A stretch of 48,489 nt of DNA from Dongiaceae bacterium (GTDB taxonomy: Bacteria > Pseudomonadota > Alphaproteobacteria > Dongiales > Dongiaceae). Below are positions 45,160-48,489 of the stretch, one piece after another; positions within the stretch are counted from its first letter, which is position 1; every line of letters begins with the position of its first letter. The translations under genes and the position numbers were made by a program. Where the stretch lies: contig DASXQK010000220.1 of assembly GCA_036493015.1 (NCBI GenBank), positions 1 to 48,489 of the forward strand, read 5' to 3'. The notes under the pieces were generated by a model. The model was not told the DNA's origin, ran no database searches, and saw nothing but the letters and a program-made list of their open reading frames with translations.

Positions 45160-46218
45160 CTAGGGCCGAGCTTCCAGCACCAGATTGAAGGGCGTTTCCG
45201 TTGCGCGGCGGAAGCGGCCGAATCCTCCTTGGGTGACCACTTGGCGCAGGCGGGCCTCGCCCGCCTGCGCGCCTAATCCCAGCCCTACTTCCTGGCTCAA
45301 CGACGCCGGCGTGCAAATCATCGTCGAGGCCGCATAGAAGATGCGGCCAATGGGATTCATGTTGTCCTTCATCTCGTCATTGGCGAACGGCTCGACAATC
45401 AGCCATGTGCCATCCGGCTTCAGGGATTTGCGGACGTGACTAGCGGCACCCACGGGGTCGCCCATGTCGTGCAGGCAGTCGAAGAATGTGACGAGGTCGA
45501 AATCCTTGCCCGGGAAATCCTTGGCAGAGGCAGTTTCGAATTTGATGTTGGCGCTGGTACCGGCGTCGGCGGCGGCACGCTTTGCCTTTTCTATCGATGG
45601 CCCATGATAGTCATAGCCGACGAATTCAGACTTCGGGAAGGCCTTGGCCATGATGATCGTCGACGAGCCATGTCCGCAGCCGACATCCGCGACACGTGCG
45701 CCGCGCTTCAGCTTGTCGACGACGCCGCCAAGCGCCGGCAGCCAGGTTTCGACAAGATGCGCCGCGTAGCCGGGCCGGAAGAACCGTTCGGTGCCGCGAA
45801 AGAGGCAGGCGTCGTGCTCGTGCCAGCCAACGCCCTTTCCGGTCTTGAAAGCTTCGGTGATCTTCGGTTCATCGCGCCACATCGACTGGATGACCTCGGC
45901 AAACCCCGGCATGAAAACGGGGCTCGCTTCATTGGCGAAAACCATTGCCTGCTCGGGCGAGAGGGAATACTTGCCGCCCCCTTCCGGATCATAGGTGACG
46001 TAGCCGGCGGCGGCCTGGGCGGCCAACCATTCCCGAACATAGCGTTCGGTCGTGCCGGTGGCTTTTGCCAACTCAGCCGAGGTGAGCTTTCCGCCAGCGA
46101 GTTCCTTGTAGAGACCCAGCTTGTCGCCAATGATCATGAGCGCTGCCGTCATTGCGCCTCCCATCTCGCCTACCATTTTGCCGACAAATTCGTGCAGTTT
46201 GCTTTCATCCAAAGCCAT
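45160..46218 (-). CDS. Class I SAM-dependent methyltransferase with N-terminal winged-helix-like domain
   Basis: I chose the start at 46218, with a strong AGGAGG upstream. It has motif I VADVGCGHGSSTI and post-I DLVTFFDCLHDM. Confidence 0.75.
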   Translation of the reverse strand: MALDESKLHEFVGKMVGEMGGAMTAALMIIGDKLGLYKELAGGKLTSAELAKATGTTERYVREWLAAQAAAGYVTYDPEGGGKYSLSPEQAMVFANEASPVFMPGFAEVIQSMWRDEPKITEAFKTGKGVGWHEHDACLFRGTERFFRPGYAAHLVETWLPALGGVVDKLKRGARVADVGCGHGSSTIIMAKAFPKSEFVGYDYHGPSIEKAKRAAADAGTSANIKFETASAKDFPGKDFDLVTFFDCLHDMGDPVGAASHVRKSLKPDGTWLIVEPFANDEMKDNMNPIGRIFYAASTMICTPASLSQEVGLGLGAQAGEARLRQVVTQGGFGRFRRATETPFNLVLEARP

Positions 46219-46365
46219 GGCAGCCTCCTGGAAAATTACTTTGGGTTGTGGGAATACCGCTCGACGCTGGAGGCGCCGACTGATTCCACAACTATGCGCC
46301 CGACAGGGATGCGGAAATGTGACCACAAAGTGGTTCGAGAATATTAACCCTTCTCGACGGCGAGC

Positions 46366-46932
46366 CTAGAGGAGGGATGGCTGGTCGGGCGGGTAAGTGA
46401 TGTGCTTGCCTTCGACCTGCGCAAACGGGGTCAGCTTGTGGTAGCGCCAGCTGGCAGCCGAGAGGATTTCAACGACCGGGATCTCGCGCACGGCCAGCGC
46501 ATCGGCCACGAGCGAACGGTGGCATCGCCACGGTACGGCCTCGGCGCACATGATCGCGGTAGGGCGCAGGCGGGCCTCGGCAATCAGCTCGTCAAGCCCG
46601 CGCCGGAAATCGTCCGTTTGCATGTAATCGGCGTAGCCGCGGAAACTCGTATTGCGCCAACCCGTATTGGGTGAATCCTTGCGCGCATGCCGCAAGCCCC
46701 CGAGAGCGCCTAACGAAACATAACCAATGCCGTGCGCGCGCAGTGACGTGTCCAGGGTATCGCCATTGAACTGTGGGTTATGGCGCGATCGCGGCATCGT
46801 ACGGATGTCGGCGAGGCATTCGATGCCATAGCGCTGCAGCAGACCGATGAACGCCTCGAGCGGCAGCGTCGAATGCCCGAGCGTAAAGATCGTGTCTTGC
46901 GGCCAATTTTCGCCAGGCGTCATGACGTCCAT
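46366..46932 (-). CDS. DUF488 family protein
   Basis: 188 aa. IFTLGHSTLPLEAFIGLLQRYGIECLADIR...P and the later CAEAVPWRCHR are typical of DUF488. Confidence 0.7.
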   Translation of the reverse strand: MDVMTPGENWPQDTIFTLGHSTLPLEAFIGLLQRYGIECLADIRTMPRSRHNPQFNGDTLDTSLRAHGIGYVSLGALGGLRHARKDSPNTGWRNTSFRGYADYMQTDDFRRGLDELIAEARLRPTAIMCAEAVPWRCHRSLVADALAVREIPVVEILSAASWRYHKLTPFAQVEGKHITYPPDQPSLL

Positions 46933-47063
46933 ATTCGCGCTTTCGTCCGCCCTTCAACACCGGCGTGATCCCAGCACTCTAATTTGTCATACTGTTGCCG
47001 CCGGCGGCTTCTCCATCGAGGCTGCGCGCCGCCGGGTTGCATGTTCATCACAGGGTGGCACCA

Positions 47064-47888
47064 ATGAACGCACCGAATCCGAACAAGGCGCTCTGGGAAA
47101 AAGGAGATTTCACGCGCATCGCCGCCAGCATGCGTGAAAGTGGTGAAGCGCTGGTTGCCTCCCTGGGGATCGAGAAAGGGCAGAAGGTTCTCGATCTTGG
47201 GTGTGGTGACGGTACGACGGCCGTGCCGGAGGCAAGGCTCGGCGCCGACGTCCTCGGGGTCGATATCGCACGCAACCTGGTTGAGGCCGGCAATCGCCGG
47301 GCAAAAGAGATGGGCCTGGCCAATCTCCGCTTTCAGGAGGGCGATGCAACCAATCTCTCCGCGCTATCGGATAAGACCTTCGATCTCGTCGTCAGCATCT
47401 TCGGCGCCATGTTCGCGCCCAAGCCATTCGACGCGGCTAAGGAGATGGCGCGGGTGACCAAGCGTGGCGGCCGAATCGTCATGGGCAACTGGATTCCCAA
47501 CGATCCAACCCTGGTCGCCCAGATACTGAAGATCAGCGCCGCCTATACGCCCCCGCCGCCGGAAGGCTTCATCAGCCCGATGACCTGGGGAGTCGAGGCC
47601 AATGTCATAGAGCGCTTTGGCGGGGCCGGCGTGGCGAAGGAGAACATCGCCTTCCAGCGCGATACCTATCGTTTCAATTTCCCCGGCGAACCCGCCCGCC
47701 TCGTCGATCTATTCCGGCTCTATTACGGCCCGACCATGAACGCCTTCGACGCGGCGGAGAAGAACGGCAAGGCCGACCAACTGCACAAAGAGCTGAACGC
47801 CCTGTTCGAAAGCCAGAATACCAGTAAAGACAAGAACGTTACCTCAATTCCGGCGACGTTCCTGCGGGTGACGCTTACGGTGAATTAG
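47064..47888 (+). CDS. Class I SAM-dependent methyltransferase
   Basis: I chose the ATG at 47064 (MNAPNPNKALWEKGDF...). It has motif I VLDLGCGDGT and FDLVVSIFGAMF. Confidence 0.75.
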   Translation: MNAPNPNKALWEKGDFTRIAASMRESGEALVASLGIEKGQKVLDLGCGDGTTAVPEARLGADVLGVDIARNLVEAGNRRAKEMGLANLRFQEGDATNLSALSDKTFDLVVSIFGAMFAPKPFDAAKEMARVTKRGGRIVMGNWIPNDPTLVAQILKISAAYTPPPPEGFISPMTWGVEANVIERFGGAGVAKENIAFQRDTYRFNFPGEPARLVDLFRLYYGPTMNAFDAAEKNGKADQLHKELNALFESQNTSKDKNVTSIPATFLRVTLTVN

Positions 47889-47939
47889 AGGGCGGGGCGT
47901 ACCGGCGGCCGATTTGGCGTCGGCGGGCGCGCACGCGAT

Positions 47940-48314
47940 TCACCATCGCCCGTGGCGCCGATTCCAAGCATACAACGCGTCGGCGAACCGGTCATAGGTC
48001 CAGCGGGCCAGCCTCGACAGGCCAGGCACGGTCAATAAGCGGCCGAGCCAGCGCCGGCCGGGCGTCTCCAGCCACAGGGCTGAGAAGGCATCGGCACCGA
48101 TATGGAGTTTGCCCTGGTCATCTTCGACGTAAAGCTTGCGCCGCACCGCCTCCACGGCGATGCCGGGCTCGGCCAAGACCTCGGGCCGGCCGACGATGTC
48201 GCACCACTCGATATCCTTGCCAGTGTCGCCGGCACGCATCGCCTCGCGCTGATTGGCGACGCCGGCACGGCAAACCGGGCAAGCGCTATTATAGTAAACT
48301 CGTCGCGTGTTCAT
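47940..48314 (-). CDS. Thiol-disulfide oxidoreductase DCC family protein (DUF393)
   Basis: 124 aa. The N-terminal YYNSACPVCR CxxC motif and length are typical of the DCC family. Confidence 0.7.
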   Translation of the reverse strand: MNTRRVYYNSACPVCRAGVANQREAMRAGDTGKDIEWCDIVGRPEVLAEPGIAVEAVRRKLYVEDDQGKLHIGADAFSALWLETPGRRWLGRLLTVPGLSRLARWTYDRFADALYAWNRRHGRW

Positions 48315-48489
48315 GGCCGGCAGCCTCGGGTGTTCCAGCTTGGCTGATCATGCTTTATGTCGCGTTTGTCATGGAGACGATCAAGACCACGTTTCGCACC
48401 GATATTCCGCTGGATTATTGCCTGAAACATTTCTATTAGGCCCGGCAGGCGGAAATGCTGCCCTTCTGCCAGGTCGAACATGACGGGCT
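48311..48489 (-). CDS. 3' end of an unidentified CDS running off the window edge
   Basis: The minus-strand frame is open from the window edge (...PVMFDLAEGQHFRLPGLIEMFQAIIQRNIGAKRGLDRLHDKRDIKHDQPSWNTRGCRP*). Its stop overlaps the DCC gene start as ATGA (48311-48314). No family is recognised. Confidence 0.35.
   Translation of the reverse strand, partial: PVMFDLAEGQHFRLPGLIEMFQAIIQRNIGAKRGLDRLHDKRDIKHDQPSWNTRGCRP

Noticed and set aside
41499-48489. I looked for a direct repeat of the tRNA-Phe 3' end (ttcaattccggccctgggcacca) downstream as an island attR.
   Set aside because: I did not spot a copy of 12 nt or more by eye, so the islet idea is reported only as a low-confidence inference.

Overview
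GC-rich (roughly 60-65% by eye) chromosomal segment. The gene content and order (aapJQM, murA, DUF2948, hisG, UPF0262, LMW phosphatase, infA, maf, RNase E/G-like, yacG, exbB-exbD-tonB) look alphaproteobacterial, probably Rhizobiales/Hyphomicrobiales-like. This placement is inferred from recalled families, not from a search. Most of the window is ordinary core or metabolic DNA: a general amino-acid ABC importer, a five-gene Dpp/Opp-type peptide ABC importer, PLP enzymes, FAD oxidoreductases, a TonB energizer set, a periplasmic beta-carbonic anhydrase, one tRNA-Phe(GAA) and several small membrane or secreted proteins. I found no CRISPR array, IS element, integrase, rRNA or recognisable defence system. 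The best candidate for something undescribed is a low-GC patch downstream of tRNA-Phe (about 42.8-44.2 kb). There, two small divergently oriented ORFs share a conserved twin-arginine-like leader, conserved at the protein level with many synonymous codon differences, but have unrelated C-terminal tails. They flank a 2-TM mini-protein and lie between a GT-C/DUF2029-type membrane glycosyltransferase and a DAG-kinase-family lipid kinase. Second-tier items are listed here. (1) A translationally coupled DUF1989 / FAD oxidoreductase / amidinotransferase-fold operon with no urea carboxylase, next to an amidohydrolase remnant that has lost its catalytic barrel by in-frame deletion. (2) A membrane-domain plus ATP-grasp fusion protein. 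(3) A DsbB-like protein whose second Cys pair sits in a C-terminal tail. (4) Two secreted low-complexity Gly/Trp/Tyr/Pro proteins. (5) aapJQM without its ATPase gene. All product calls come from motif and family recall without database searches, and start codons are best guesses.
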